A stretch of 64,000 bases of DNA from an uncultured Coriobacteriaceae bacterium (lineage in GTDB: Bacteria > Actinomycetota > Coriobacteriia > Coriobacteriales > Eggerthellaceae): the NCBI GenBank assembly GCA_900550055.1, contig URQU01000003.1, forward strand, positions 15,661 to 79,660. Direction: 5' to 3'. Numbering within the stretch: position 1 is the first letter of the stretch; each line of letters starts with the position of its first letter. Of this stretch, positions 1-9,555 are shown piece by piece. Below the pieces are notes generated by a model that was given only the letters and a program-made list of their open reading frames with translations, was not told where the DNA came from and did no database searches. The position numbers and the translations under genes were made by a program.

Positions 1-14
1 GCTAGCTTCTCCGC

Positions 15-1463
15 TTGCTTGTTTCGCCGTGCCTGAGCGGCTTGCGAAAGGAGGGCCTTTTGCCTGCAATCGACAAACGCGCTGCATATGCGCTGTTCGC
101 TCTCGTGGTGCTTACCACGGCGTGCGGCAACCTGTCGCAAACCGCCGTGAACGCCATGATGATGGGCATCGTGGCCGATATGGGCGTCACCGTGGAGCTT
201 GGGCAGTGGTTGAGCACCGGCTATATGCTCATGCTCGGGGTTGCCGTGCCGGCGGTCACGTGGATCTCCAAGCGCTTCAGTGCTCGACAGCATGTCCTGC
301 TTGGCATGGGGCTTTCCCTTGCGGGCTCGCTCATATGCTTGGCGGCGCCCTGCTTCTGGGTGCTGCTGGCAGGGCGCGTTCTGCAGGCGGTTTCCACCGG
401 TATCCTCTTGCCGTTCATGACCACCATCGCCATGGTCAGCTTCCCTCCGGGCCGTCAGGCCACGGCCATGGGCATCGCGGGGGTGGCAATGGGTTTCGCG
501 CCCAACATCGGGCCCACCGTGGGCGGCGCCATGGCATCGGCGTGGGGCTGGCGCAGCTTCTTCGTCCTGCTGACGGCGTTGACCTGCTTGTTGGCGGTGT
601 GCGCCTTGGCGCTGGTGAAACCGTCGAAGCCGCATGATGCCGCTGCCCGCCTGGACGCGGTGTCGCTTTCCTTGTCCACCCTGGGCCTGGGAGGCGTGCT
701 GCTGGGCTTCAGCAACGCATCGTCCTTCGCGCTGATCAGCCCCTATGTATGGGGCCCGCTTGTCGTGGGCGCAGCTTTGTGCGCGGCGTTTGTCGTGCGC
801 CAAAAACGTTTGGACAACCCGCTCATCGACCTGGGCGTGTTCCGCTCGCGCCGATTCAGCGCCGGCTTCGCGGCGCAGAACCTGCTGTTCGCCTCGTTCA
901 TGGGCGTCACGCTGGTGGTGCCCCTTTACGTGGAGGGCCTGTGCGGCGGCACGGCGCTTCAGGCGGGCATGGTGCTGCTTCCCGGAACCGTCGCCGCGCT
1001 CGTGCTCAACCCGCTCGGCGGCGTGCTGACCGACCGCATAGGCGCGCGAAGGGTATGTCTGGTGGGCGGGCTTATGCTGTCCGCCGGCGCCGTGCCCATG
1101 TGCTTTTTGGACGCCGCCTCGCCGCTGTGGCAGGCGGTCGTGTTCCAGGGCGTGCGCGCATGCGGCGTGTCGCTGCTCATCGGGCCGCTTACCCAGTGGA
1201 GCTTGGCCGACCTGCCGCGACCGCTCGTGCCGCACGGCAGCTCGTTGTCCATCGCGGTGCGCCAGGCCTGCGCCAGCTTCGGCACATCGGCCATGGTGCT
1301 TGCCATCTCGGCGGGGCAGGGGATCGCGTCCCGCGGCTGGCTAACCGGTGGCCTGCAAGCCGCGCCGGATGCGCTCGCGGCTCTGCCGTACCACCTGGCG
1401 TTCGGCTTCTCAGCCGTGCTGTCGCTGTGCTTGTTCGCAGCCGTGGCGTGGAAGGTCCGTTAG
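15..1463 (+). CDS. MFS transporter, DHA2/EmrB-like drug:H+ antiporter family (about 14 TM segments)
   Basis: 482-aa ORF with repeated hydrophobic helices and MFS-type motifs (GxLaDrxGrR-like 'LTDRIGARR'). The start is uncertain: TTG at 15, with possible internal ATG starts. A stop codon lies just upstream in frame, so the gene begins inside the window. Confidence 0.8.
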   Translation: MLVSPCLSGLRKEGLLPAIDKRAAYALFALVVLTTACGNLSQTAVNAMMMGIVADMGVTVELGQWLSTGYMLMLGVAVPAVTWISKRFSARQHVLLGMGLSLAGSLICLAAPCFWVLLAGRVLQAVSTGILLPFMTTIAMVSFPPGRQATAMGIAGVAMGFAPNIGPTVGGAMASAWGWRSFFVLLTALTCLLAVCALALVKPSKPHDAAARLDAVSLSLSTLGLGGVLLGFSNASSFALISPYVWGPLVVGAALCAAFVVRQKRLDNPLIDLGVFRSRRFSAGFAAQNLLFASFMGVTLVVPLYVEGLCGGTALQAGMVLLPGTVAALVLNPLGGVLTDRIGARRVCLVGGLMLSAGAVPMCFLDAASPLWQAVVFQGVRACGVSLLIGPLTQWSLADLPRPLVPHGSSLSIAVRQACASFGTSAMVLAISAGQGIASRGWLTGGLQAAPDALAALPYHLAFGFSAVLSLCLFAAVAWKVR

Positions 1464-1614
1464 CGCATCTTATGCCGTTCGCGGTCGTTTTCGCGCCAAT
1501 GGTTGCACGTTCCCGCGCGTCTGGTATACTTCACTTCAGCACTCTACTGTGGTAAAGTGATTGCCAAGGAACCAAGTAGCCATGCCCGCGGGCATGCGCG
1601 GAAGGGAAGGGAAC

Positions 1615-2448
1615 ATGAAGAAGAAGCTCCTCGGCCTGGTGGCATGCGTGGCCACGCTGGCCCTGTCCGGCGCCCTGCTTGCGGGTTGCTCGGGCTCCGG
1701 CGACAAGACCGGTGGCGACTCCGCTGACGGCAAGGAAACCCTGACGGTCGGCTTCGACCAAAGCTATCCGCCGTACGGCTTCGTCGGCGACGACGGCAAG
1801 TACACCGGCTTCGACCTGGATCTGGCCCAGGCCGTGTGCGACAAGAACGGCTGGGAGCTGAAGCTGTCCGCCATCGACTGGGATGCCAAGGACGCGCTGC
1901 TGGCCCAGGGCAACATCAACTGCATCTGGAACGGCTTCACCATGGAGGGCCGCGAGGATGGCTACACCTTCTCCGATCCCTACATGCTCAATGAGCAGGT
2001 CATCGTCGTGAAGGCCGGCAGCGACATCTCCGATTTCGCAGGCCTGTCCGGCAAGACCGTCATGACCCAGGTCGACTCCGCCGCGCTTGACGTGCTCGAG
2101 GGCGACCAGGCCGCTGTTGCCGCTACCTTCAAGGGCGGCGCCGCCCAGACCATCGGCGACTATAACAACGCCTTCATGCAGCTTGACTCCGGCATGATCG
2201 ACGCCGTCGCCTGCGACCTGTCCATCGCCCAGTACCAGATCGCCGCGAACCCCGACAAGTACGTGCAGCTGCCCACCGCCCTGTCCACCGAGCACTACGC
2301 CGTGGGCTTCAAGAAGGGCGACACCGAGCTGGCCCAGAAGGTCTCTGAGACCCTCAAGCAGCTCGACGCTGACGGCACCGTCAAGCAGCTGTGCGAGAAG
2401 TATGCCAGCTACGGCATCAGCTACGACAACTGGGTGCTCGGCAAGTAA
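1615..2448 (+). CDS. ABC transporter substrate-binding lipoprotein, polar amino acid (family 3) type
   Basis: MKKKLLGLVACVATLALSGALLAGCSG is a lipoprotein signal with a lipobox. The family-3 solute-binding fold is recognised by eye. A GGAAGGGAAGGG RBS sits upstream of the ATG at 1615. It is followed by permease and ATPase genes. Confidence 0.85.
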   Translation: MKKKLLGLVACVATLALSGALLAGCSGSGDKTGGDSADGKETLTVGFDQSYPPYGFVGDDGKYTGFDLDLAQAVCDKNGWELKLSAIDWDAKDALLAQGNINCIWNGFTMEGREDGYTFSDPYMLNEQVIVVKAGSDISDFAGLSGKTVMTQVDSAALDVLEGDQAAVAATFKGGAAQTIGDYNNAFMQLDSGMIDAVACDLSIAQYQIAANPDKYVQLPTALSTEHYAVGFKKGDTELAQKVSETLKQLDADGTVKQLCEKYASYGISYDNWVLGK

Positions 2449-2673
2449 TGCCCCTGCTTGCCCCCGGCAAGCAGCTTGATAGCGTATCCTATTAGGGCCG
2501 GAGATGCGTACCTTTGCCCCCTATGCACGATGCGGCGCGTTTCAAAAAACCGCGTTCACGTGCATGGCGGGCGAGGGAAGCGTCTCCGGCCTTCCGGCTG
2601 CTTTTCCCCGCCAACCTGCGAAGGTTGGCATTTGGCGTGTTAAGACAAGAGCGTTTCTCTTGGAAGGAGACCA

Positions 2674-3327
2674 ATGGAATTCGGAACCATGATGGGGCTG
2701 CTGCTCTCCGGCCTGCAGTTCACCGCCATCATCTTCGTGGTCACGCTTGTGGGTGCGTTGCCCCTCGGCGTGCTGGTGGCGCTTGGCCGCATGAGCAAGT
2801 TCAAGCCGCTGTCGCTTTTGGTGCAGTTCTATATATCGGTCATGCGCGGCACGCCGCTTATGCTGCAGCTGATGATGTGGATGTTCGGTCCGTTCTACCT
2901 GTTCGGAGCCTCCATGGGCCCGGATTGGAAGTACTTCGCCTGCTGCATCGGCTTCATCCTGAACTACGCGGCTTACTTCGGCGAGATTTATCGCAGCGGC
3001 ATCCAGTCCATTCCGCGCGGCCAGTACGAGGCTGCCGAGGTGCTCGGCTATACGCGCACGCAGACCTTCATGAAGATCATCCTGCCGCAGGTGTTCAAGC
3101 GCATTCTTCCCGCCATGGGCAACGAGGTCATCACGCTGGTCAAGGACACGTCGCTGGCGTTCGTACTCGGCATCATGGAGATGTTCACGCAGGCCAAGGC
3201 CATCGCCGCCGCGCAAACCAGCATGATGCCCTACGTTATCGCCGGCCTGATCTACTGGGTGTTCAACTTCGTGGTGGTCATGGTGCTCAACCGCGTCGAG
3301 AAAAGGATGAACTACTATCATGACTAA
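2674..3327 (+). CDS. amino-acid ABC transporter permease (HisM/GlnP-like)
   Basis: 217-aa polytopic protein carrying the EAA-like motif region of ABC permeases. It overlaps the downstream ATPase gene. Confidence 0.85.
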   Translation: MEFGTMMGLLLSGLQFTAIIFVVTLVGALPLGVLVALGRMSKFKPLSLLVQFYISVMRGTPLMLQLMMWMFGPFYLFGASMGPDWKYFACCIGFILNYAAYFGEIYRSGIQSIPRGQYEAAEVLGYTRTQTFMKIILPQVFKRILPAMGNEVITLVKDTSLAFVLGIMEMFTQAKAIAAAQTSMMPYVIAGLIYWVFNFVVVMVLNRVEKRMNYYHD

Positions 3328-4084
3328 CCCCCTTGTTTCCCTTTCGCACGCACGCAAAAGCTTCGGTAAAACCGAGGTGCTCAAAGATATCTCCCTGTCG
3401 GTGGAGCAGGGCCAGGTCGTCGCCATCATCGGCCCTTCCGGCGGCGGCAAGTCCACGCTTCTGCGTTGCATGACGCTGCTGGAAACCCTTGACGGCGGCA
3501 GCCTGTCCTACGGCGATCTTGCCGTGGCAACTGATAGCGGCTCCGGTTCGGCATACGGCGGCAAGGCCGTGCTCTCGCAGGCGAAAACGCGCTTCGGTCT
3601 GGTGTTCCAGAACTTCAACCTGTTCCCGCATTACACGGTCATGAAAAACATCACCGACGCGCCGCTGTCCGTGCAGAAGCGCCCGAAGGACCAGGTTATG
3701 GCCCAGGCGCACGAGCTGTTGGTGAAAATGGGTCTGGAGGGCAAGGAGAACATGGTTCCCTGCGAGCTCTCCGGTGGCCAGCAGCAGCGCGTGGCCATCG
3801 CGCGCGCCCTGGCCCTGAACCCCGACGTGCTGTTCTTCGACGAGCCCACCAGCGCCCTTGACCCCGAGCTCACCAAGGGCGTGCTCAAGGTCATCCGCGA
3901 CCTTGCCGACGAGCATATGACCATGGTCATCGTCACGCACGAGATGAGCTTCGCTCGCGACGTTGCCGACCACATCATCTTCATGGACGGCGGCTACATC
4001 GTCGAGGAGGGCCCTGCCGAGCAGGTGATCAACAACCCGCAGCAGGAGCGCACGAAGCTGTTCCTGGCGAACTACGGGGACTAA
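3320..4084 (+). CDS. amino-acid ABC transporter ATP-binding protein (GlnQ-like)
   Basis: Walker A GPSGGGKST, ABC signature LSGGQQQRVAIARAL and Walker B VLFFDEPTSALD are all present. Confidence 0.9.
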   Translation: MTNPLVSLSHARKSFGKTEVLKDISLSVEQGQVVAIIGPSGGGKSTLLRCMTLLETLDGGSLSYGDLAVATDSGSGSAYGGKAVLSQAKTRFGLVFQNFNLFPHYTVMKNITDAPLSVQKRPKDQVMAQAHELLVKMGLEGKENMVPCELSGGQQQRVAIARALALNPDVLFFDEPTSALDPELTKGVLKVIRDLADEHMTMVIVTHEMSFARDVADHIIFMDGGYIVEEGPAEQVINNPQQERTKLFLANYGD

Positions 4085-4143
4085 CGAAACGGTTTGCAGC
4101 GCGCAATGCGCCGCATGGGAAGCGCCCGGAACCCCGGGCGCTT

Positions 4144-4932
4144 TTGCATGGGAAAGGCGGAAACTTGGAAGAGAAAGACCCTCAGGCGTCGTTGGCCTCG
4201 GGCAACGGCACGGTGACGTTCTATATCACGCGGCATGGGCAGACGGTCTACAACGTTGCAAGCCGTGTGCAGGGCTGGTGCGACTCGCAGCTTACCGACG
4301 AGGGCATCCGTGTGGCGCGTCTGCTGGGTCGCGGCCTGGCGGAGGTCCCGTTTGCGCAGGCCTACTGCAGCGATGCCGGCCGTGCGGTGCAGACGCTCAA
4401 CGCGGTGCTTGCCGCCAGAATCAAGGAGAACCCGCAGGCCGAGTTACCGTTCATCCATGTTCCCGATCCGCGCCTTCGAGAATGGTGCTACGGCAACCTG
4501 GAAGCAGGGCCGGGAAACGAGTTGCACGCGGCGCTCACCCGTGGCTTCGGCGAGGACCTGCCCTTCGACGAGTTGAACCGGCGCCTGCCTCAGGTGGCCG
4601 AGGTGCTGGCCGACCAGGACGACACCGGGCGCGCGGAGCGCTTCGACCAGGTGAAGGCGCGTCTGGAAAGTTTCTTCAGCGAAGCGGGCAAGCAGGCGCT
4701 TTCTGCGGGCGGCGGCAACGTGCTGGTGGTCACGCATTCGTTCGTGGTGCGATCGGTCATGTACCTGCTGGATCCTTCGCGCGTGAACGACCCGCTCAAG
4801 ATCAAGAACGCCAGCGTCACCCAGGTGACCTACGACGGCGAAACCTTCACGCTAGGGGAGACGGCATCTACCCGCTGGCTGGGCGAGATGCCGCAGGAAG
4901 CCAACGCCATTCCGTTCGGGTTCCGCATGTAA
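4144..4932 (+). CDS. histidine phosphatase (phosphoglycerate mutase) family protein
   Basis: An N-terminal RHG motif (FYITRHGQTVYN) and a C-terminal catalytic His region (VVTHSFVVRS) are present. Confidence 0.7.
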   Translation: MHGKGGNLEEKDPQASLASGNGTVTFYITRHGQTVYNVASRVQGWCDSQLTDEGIRVARLLGRGLAEVPFAQAYCSDAGRAVQTLNAVLAARIKENPQAELPFIHVPDPRLREWCYGNLEAGPGNELHAALTRGFGEDLPFDELNRRLPQVAEVLADQDDTGRAERFDQVKARLESFFSEAGKQALSAGGGNVLVVTHSFVVRSVMYLLDPSRVNDPLKIKNASVTQVTYDGETFTLGETASTRWLGEMPQEANAIPFGFRM

Positions 4933-5001
4933 ACAGGCGAACGCAAAAGGCCCGGGGACACGTCCCCGGGCCTTTCTCATGGCGCATGAGCCGTGTTGCC
5001 G

Positions 5002-7086
5002 TTACTGGTGGTACTTGGTCAGCGTCGGCGTGGTGGCCAGCTGCAGGTCGCCCTCGACGCCTGCTGGCAGGGTGACTGAGTAGCTGTAGGTCACGGTGGA
5101 CTCCACAGGCAGCGGGTTGTTCGGCTTGGGCAACACCGCGTAATCGCCCACCTGACAGGTGAAGGTAACGTCAAGACCCTGATAGGTAGCCTTGCCGAGC
5201 GTGGCGCCATTCGATGCCGTCACGTCGGAGATCGTACCGCCTGCGGGAGCGTAGAAGTATATGAAGGGGTCGGCGTCGCCAAGGCTCTTGTCGTTGTCCG
5301 AGACGATGTAGCTGCCGCCTTGCTTCGCTTCCTGCGCGGTCATGAAGTTCGTCAGCGTGGTGGTCGCGTGATAGGTGCGGGACCCATCGTTGCCGGTGAC
5401 GGGGTTGCCGATCTGGGTGTCCATGCCCAGCCACCAGCCAAGCTTGCTGCCGGCCCAGAAGTTGACGAACACGCCAAGGGTGGGCTCCTGCTGCGATGCG
5501 GCGGTCATGGAGCCCGAATAGCCCATGTCCTCGATGTAGCCCTGCTCGGTGGCGTCGGCCAGCCAAATCATGACGCGGCGATCGTCAAGGCCGCTCATCA
5601 TGGTGGAGACCAGCTTCATGAGCGAGGACGCGTTCATGTTGTCCAGAGCCGAATCGAATGCGTACTCTGCTGCCTCGGCGAACAGGGCGTCGCACAGGTC
5701 GTTGCCCTCGGACATGTTCGAGCCGCTGGACAGGTACTTCCAGTACAGGTCGTGCTGCAGCACCTTCGTGGCGTTCGTGCCGTCGATGGTGGTGCCGTCG
5801 GACAGCGTGAAGCTGTCGCCCGTGGTGGCCAGCAGGTCCTGGACCATGGTGGGGGTGATGGAGATGACGCCATTGACAGACTGTTCGGTTTTCTCCTGAT
5901 AAGCCGTCGCCCAAATACCGGCGACACGCGGGTAATCGGGGTTGAAGCTGTTGTCCCAGGAGTACTGCGTGTACCAGGGGTAGAACAGCGCGTTCTCCTC
6001 GTCGGTGATGGCGCATTGCGCGGGCGTATCTTCGATCATCATGTCGTAGACCTTGGTGAAATCGCCCAGTTCGATAGCGCCATTGTCGATGGAAACCGTG
6101 CCCATTGATCCGGGGAAGCCGCCGGAGGCTCGAATCTCGGCGGTGTTCTGTGCTGCTATCAGGTACGTGCGGTTGCCGTTCGCGCCGAGCATGGAGCCGA
6201 TGATGGGCGCAAAGGTATTCGCCTGCTGGAAGACGTCGTTGATTCCCGTGATCTTCTCCTGGGCGGGCTCCACCAGTTTCTGCAGCTTCTCGATATGGAA
6301 GGCGGGCAGCGAGGACAGCTCGTCGGTGCAGCGCTGCATGGCGGGAGCGCTGTCCTGGATGGCGCCGAGCAGCGTGGTGATGGCGACGATGTTCAGATTG
6401 CCGTTATCGTCGATGCAGGCCGATGGCGGCGTGGTGGACAGGCTGCTGGTCAGCGGCACGATGGCGTTCTCGGATGCATCTGTTAGAGCGGAGGCGATGG
6501 TCTGCACGCCCTTCACGTCGCTGCCCACGACGGGCAGCATGGCGGCCACGTTCCATACGGGGGAGGAGAGCTCCTCGTTCATGGCTTGCGCCGAGGACTG
6601 CAAGCCGGCAGCGTTGTTCGCCGCCGTTGCGAAGTCCTGCCCGGCGATGGCGGCTTGGATGCCGTTAACGTTGGAAAGCGCGGTCTCGGCCTGGGCTTTC
6701 ACGTCCTTGGCGGACAGCGCCAACGCCGCGCCGTAGCCGCACGCGCCCACCAGCAGGCACGCGATGACGACGATGCAGACGATCAGCTTGGTGTGCTTCT
6801 TGCGGCGCTTCTTCTTCACGCGGATCATGCCGTCGTGCTCGTGGTTGGTCGGGATCGGCTGGAAGTTGAAATCCTGCCTTCCGTATGGGTTGCCGTACCC
6901 GTTTTGCGGCGGTTGCTGCCCAGGTTGCTGGGCGTAGCGCGGCTGCTGATACGGGGGGCGCTGATATGCTTGCTGGCCGTATGGCTGTTGCGGGCGCGCC
7001 GGTGCTTGCCGGCCCATGTTGGCGGGACGGTTGGCCTGTTGCCCATATGCCTGGTCCGGGCGCGAATGCTTTCCGTTGTTCTGCAT
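5002..7086 (-). CDS. envelope protein resembling DUF4012-family membrane proteins, with a Q/P/Y-rich cytoplasmic N-terminus and a single TM
   Basis: The start is placed at MQNNGK (ATG at 7086); the longer ORF upstream of it has no support. The N-terminal 100 aa are a low-complexity QQP/YGQQ repeat, followed by a KKKRRKK stop-transfer and a TM (LIVCIVVIACLLVGA). A large extracytoplasmic domain follows. The family assignment is from memory and is not verified. Confidence 0.55.
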   Translation of the reverse strand: MQNNGKHSRPDQAYGQQANRPANMGRQAPARPQQPYGQQAYQRPPYQQPRYAQQPGQQPPQNGYGNPYGRQDFNFQPIPTNHEHDGMIRVKKKRRKKHTKLIVCIVVIACLLVGACGYGAALALSAKDVKAQAETALSNVNGIQAAIAGQDFATAANNAAGLQSSAQAMNEELSSPVWNVAAMLPVVGSDVKGVQTIASALTDASENAIVPLTSSLSTTPPSACIDDNGNLNIVAITTLLGAIQDSAPAMQRCTDELSSLPAFHIEKLQKLVEPAQEKITGINDVFQQANTFAPIIGSMLGANGNRTYLIAAQNTAEIRASGGFPGSMGTVSIDNGAIELGDFTKVYDMMIEDTPAQCAITDEENALFYPWYTQYSWDNSFNPDYPRVAGIWATAYQEKTEQSVNGVISITPTMVQDLLATTGDSFTLSDGTTIDGTNATKVLQHDLYWKYLSSGSNMSEGNDLCDALFAEAAEYAFDSALDNMNASSLMKLVSTMMSGLDDRRVMIWLADATEQGYIEDMGYSGSMTAASQQEPTLGVFVNFWAGSKLGWWLGMDTQIGNPVTGNDGSRTYHATTTLTNFMTAQEAKQGGSYIVSDNDKSLGDADPFIYFYAPAGGTISDVTASNGATLGKATYQGLDVTFTCQVGDYAVLPKPNNPLPVESTVTYSYSVTLPAGVEGDLQLATTPTLTKYHQ

Positions 7087-7370
7087 AACACTCCTGACTT
7101 GCCTGTAACTACAAGGGGAAAGTGTATCACGCGCAGTGTCGGCGGGGGACATTTGCACGCGAAGCCCAGATGACGGGCTTATCGGGAAGCCATCTGCCGA
7201 TGGGCCTGTCACCAACGACGGCTTTTGCGCTATATGCGAGCGTTCGCCAAGCATGCGGGTTTCGGACGCATAACGCTACGTCCCCAAGTGTCAGACGGGA
7301 AACGATCAGCGAACGCAGAAAGCCTGGGAATAGGCTCCGGGCCTTTTGCGTGCCATGTGCGTCCTGTTTA

Positions 7371-9143
7371 TCAGTGGTTCTCGATGAGGTGCGGGATGAC
7401 GCGGTGCCACGCCGTTCCGGTCTCCTGATCGTAGATGACGTCGTTGGCCATCTCGTCGATGTAGAAGGAGATGTACACCCCGCTCGAGTCCCTCGTCAGG
7501 CAGGAGCATCTTCCCTGGTTCAGCATCATGTCGACGACGCCGTTGCAGAATTCGAACTTCACGGGCGCGGAAGGTTGGGGCCTGCCAAGGGCGGCCGAGT
7601 CGATGAGCGAGTAATAGTCGTAGGTCACCAGATTGCCCTTTGCAAGGAAATCGATATAGCGGGGCTCCTGGGCGTTCGGGTCGGGGCTCCAAAGGCCCAC
7701 GATCATGTCGTTTGTCAGCGTGGTCTCGGGCATGGGCGCCGTCTGCCCGCTGCTGGAAGCGCTCGACCCGCTGTTAGCGGAGCTGCCGCCGGTCGACTCG
7801 CTCGGCTTGCTCTCGGTTGCGGGCAGGCCGCTGTTGGCGGAGCTGCCGCCGCTCGATCCGCTCGATTTGGACTCGGTCTCCTTGCCCGTGCTCGAGCTGT
7901 TCGAGCTGCTCGTCGAGCCGGAACTCGATCTGCTTTCAGCGGGTTTGTCCTGGGTTTTGCCCTTGCTCGCCGAGTCTGCCTGCACCTTGAGGTCTCCCGC
8001 CTCGGTTCCGCCGAACAGCTTCACCTTGACGTTGCGCTGCGATTCGATGAAGTTGGCGTCCGCGCCCACGCGCTCAAGGTATTCGGCGGAATCGCCCCCG
8101 ATGGTTTTCTTCGCCGTGCTCAGGCTTTTCGACAGCGTGGGGTAGTTGCCGTTCTCGTCGGGGGTCAAAAACGTAGTCAGCACGCCCTGGAGCATGGCGA
8201 CATTGTAGACGTGCGAGATCGACCCGGTGTTGCCGAAGACGGCCGTAGCGCCGTTGTCCAGGAACGCGTCGGCCAGCTGGCTGTCCTCTCCCGTGCTGCA
8301 GGCGCACAGGTAGACGACCGACCCGCTCATGCCGCGCACGTAGCGCTTGACGAAGGCGGGCGTGATCGCAAGGTGGCTGTCGGGATCACCGGCCACGTTG
8401 ACGATCGTGGCGCGGTCGTTCTTGATCTCGATGAGCTGGGATTTGTCGTTTAGGTCGGAATCGATCCCGGTGTCAAGGACGCTGCCGGTCTTGCGGTTGT
8501 ACCCGCCGTGGCCGGCCCAGATGAGCAGCTGCTGCTTGCCACCGAGCTCTTTAAGCCCGGCAAGCGTGATGTTGCTCGGGGTTTTCGCCGTGGAGGCGGA
8601 CCATTTCGAGGAAGATGCGGAAAACGCGCTGGTGATGGTGCTGATCGCCGCGAGCGAATCGATTCGTCCCGTGGTCTCCACCGAGCTGATGGTGGCTTCG
8701 GAATCGGTGCTCAAGGCATCGGTTCCCTCAGGCGCGGCTATGTAGAGATACGACAGCCCGTTCTCGAACTTGAAGTACACGCTGTTGTCGTCGGCGGTGT
8801 AAGAGGACACGACCCCTTGCGCCTCAAGCTCCTTCGCGTAGGACTTTTGCGCTGCTATGGCGTTTTTGACGTCTTCTTCGGTTTGAAATCCACCCGATGC
8901 GTACGTGGCGGCGTTCTGGTCGATTTGATCGAGGGTCTCCTCGAATTCAGCGATCTCGGCATTGGAGAGCTCGGGAGCGGTGAATTCCTCCCAGATATCT
9001 AAGGCGAAGTTCGTTCCCGTGAGGAAGTATTGCACCGCAAGGACGACGATCGCGGCGATGACGATGAACGCCACGGTATTATCGCCGCTGCCGTTCTTAG
9101 AACCGTTCGATGAGCTTTGCGAGGGCTTGTCTGGCGTTGCCAT
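7371..9143 (-). CDS. membrane-anchored protein with a caspase-fold (C11/C25-like) cysteine peptidase candidate domain
   Basis: An N-terminal TM (VAFIVIAAIVVLAV) is followed by a Ser/Thr/Gly-rich linker. Candidate His-Gly and Cys motifs are WAGHGGY and YLCACSTG. Confidence 0.45.
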   Translation of the reverse strand: MATPDKPSQSSSNGSKNGSGDNTVAFIVIAAIVVLAVQYFLTGTNFALDIWEEFTAPELSNAEIAEFEETLDQIDQNAATYASGGFQTEEDVKNAIAAQKSYAKELEAQGVVSSYTADDNSVYFKFENGLSYLYIAAPEGTDALSTDSEATISSVETTGRIDSLAAISTITSAFSASSSKWSASTAKTPSNITLAGLKELGGKQQLLIWAGHGGYNRKTGSVLDTGIDSDLNDKSQLIEIKNDRATIVNVAGDPDSHLAITPAFVKRYVRGMSGSVVYLCACSTGEDSQLADAFLDNGATAVFGNTGSISHVYNVAMLQGVLTTFLTPDENGNYPTLSKSLSTAKKTIGGDSAEYLERVGADANFIESQRNVKVKLFGGTEAGDLKVQADSASKGKTQDKPAESRSSSGSTSSSNSSSTGKETESKSSGSSGGSSANSGLPATESKPSESTGGSSANSGSSASSSGQTAPMPETTLTNDMIVGLWSPDPNAQEPRYIDFLAKGNLVTYDYYSLIDSAALGRPQPSAPVKFEFCNGVVDMMLNQGRCSCLTRDSSGVYISFYIDEMANDVIYDQETGTAWHRVIPHLIENH

Positions 9144-9555
9144 AGCTTCTCCTTGGCGTTCGTCTGCATGATGGAGCGTCGCTTCATATCATACGAGATG
9201 AACGCGCTGTCTGGGAGAGCTTTGTGCACGTTGGCGAACCTTCGTTCCTGGGCGGCGATGGGTTGCCCGGCGGCGCGGGCGGGCAAGGCCCGCCCTTCGG
9301 CGGCGATGCAGGTTCTTGGGTTTGCTAGCCGGTGCTTACCCGGTCCGTACTCCCCAGGCGGGCGGGTTTAAGACCGAGCAGTTGACGCGTCCCGGTTCGC
9401 CGGATTTCACTTTCCGTGTGCTTATAGACTGCAAAACGGAAAACGCCCCGGAATGGTTCCGGGGCGTTGGCTTCGCGCTGGCGGTCGTCGTCGACGTTTA
9501 TGGCTTGAGGCAGCTCAGCGACCGCTTTCGTTCTTATCGCACGGCTTTCGCGATG

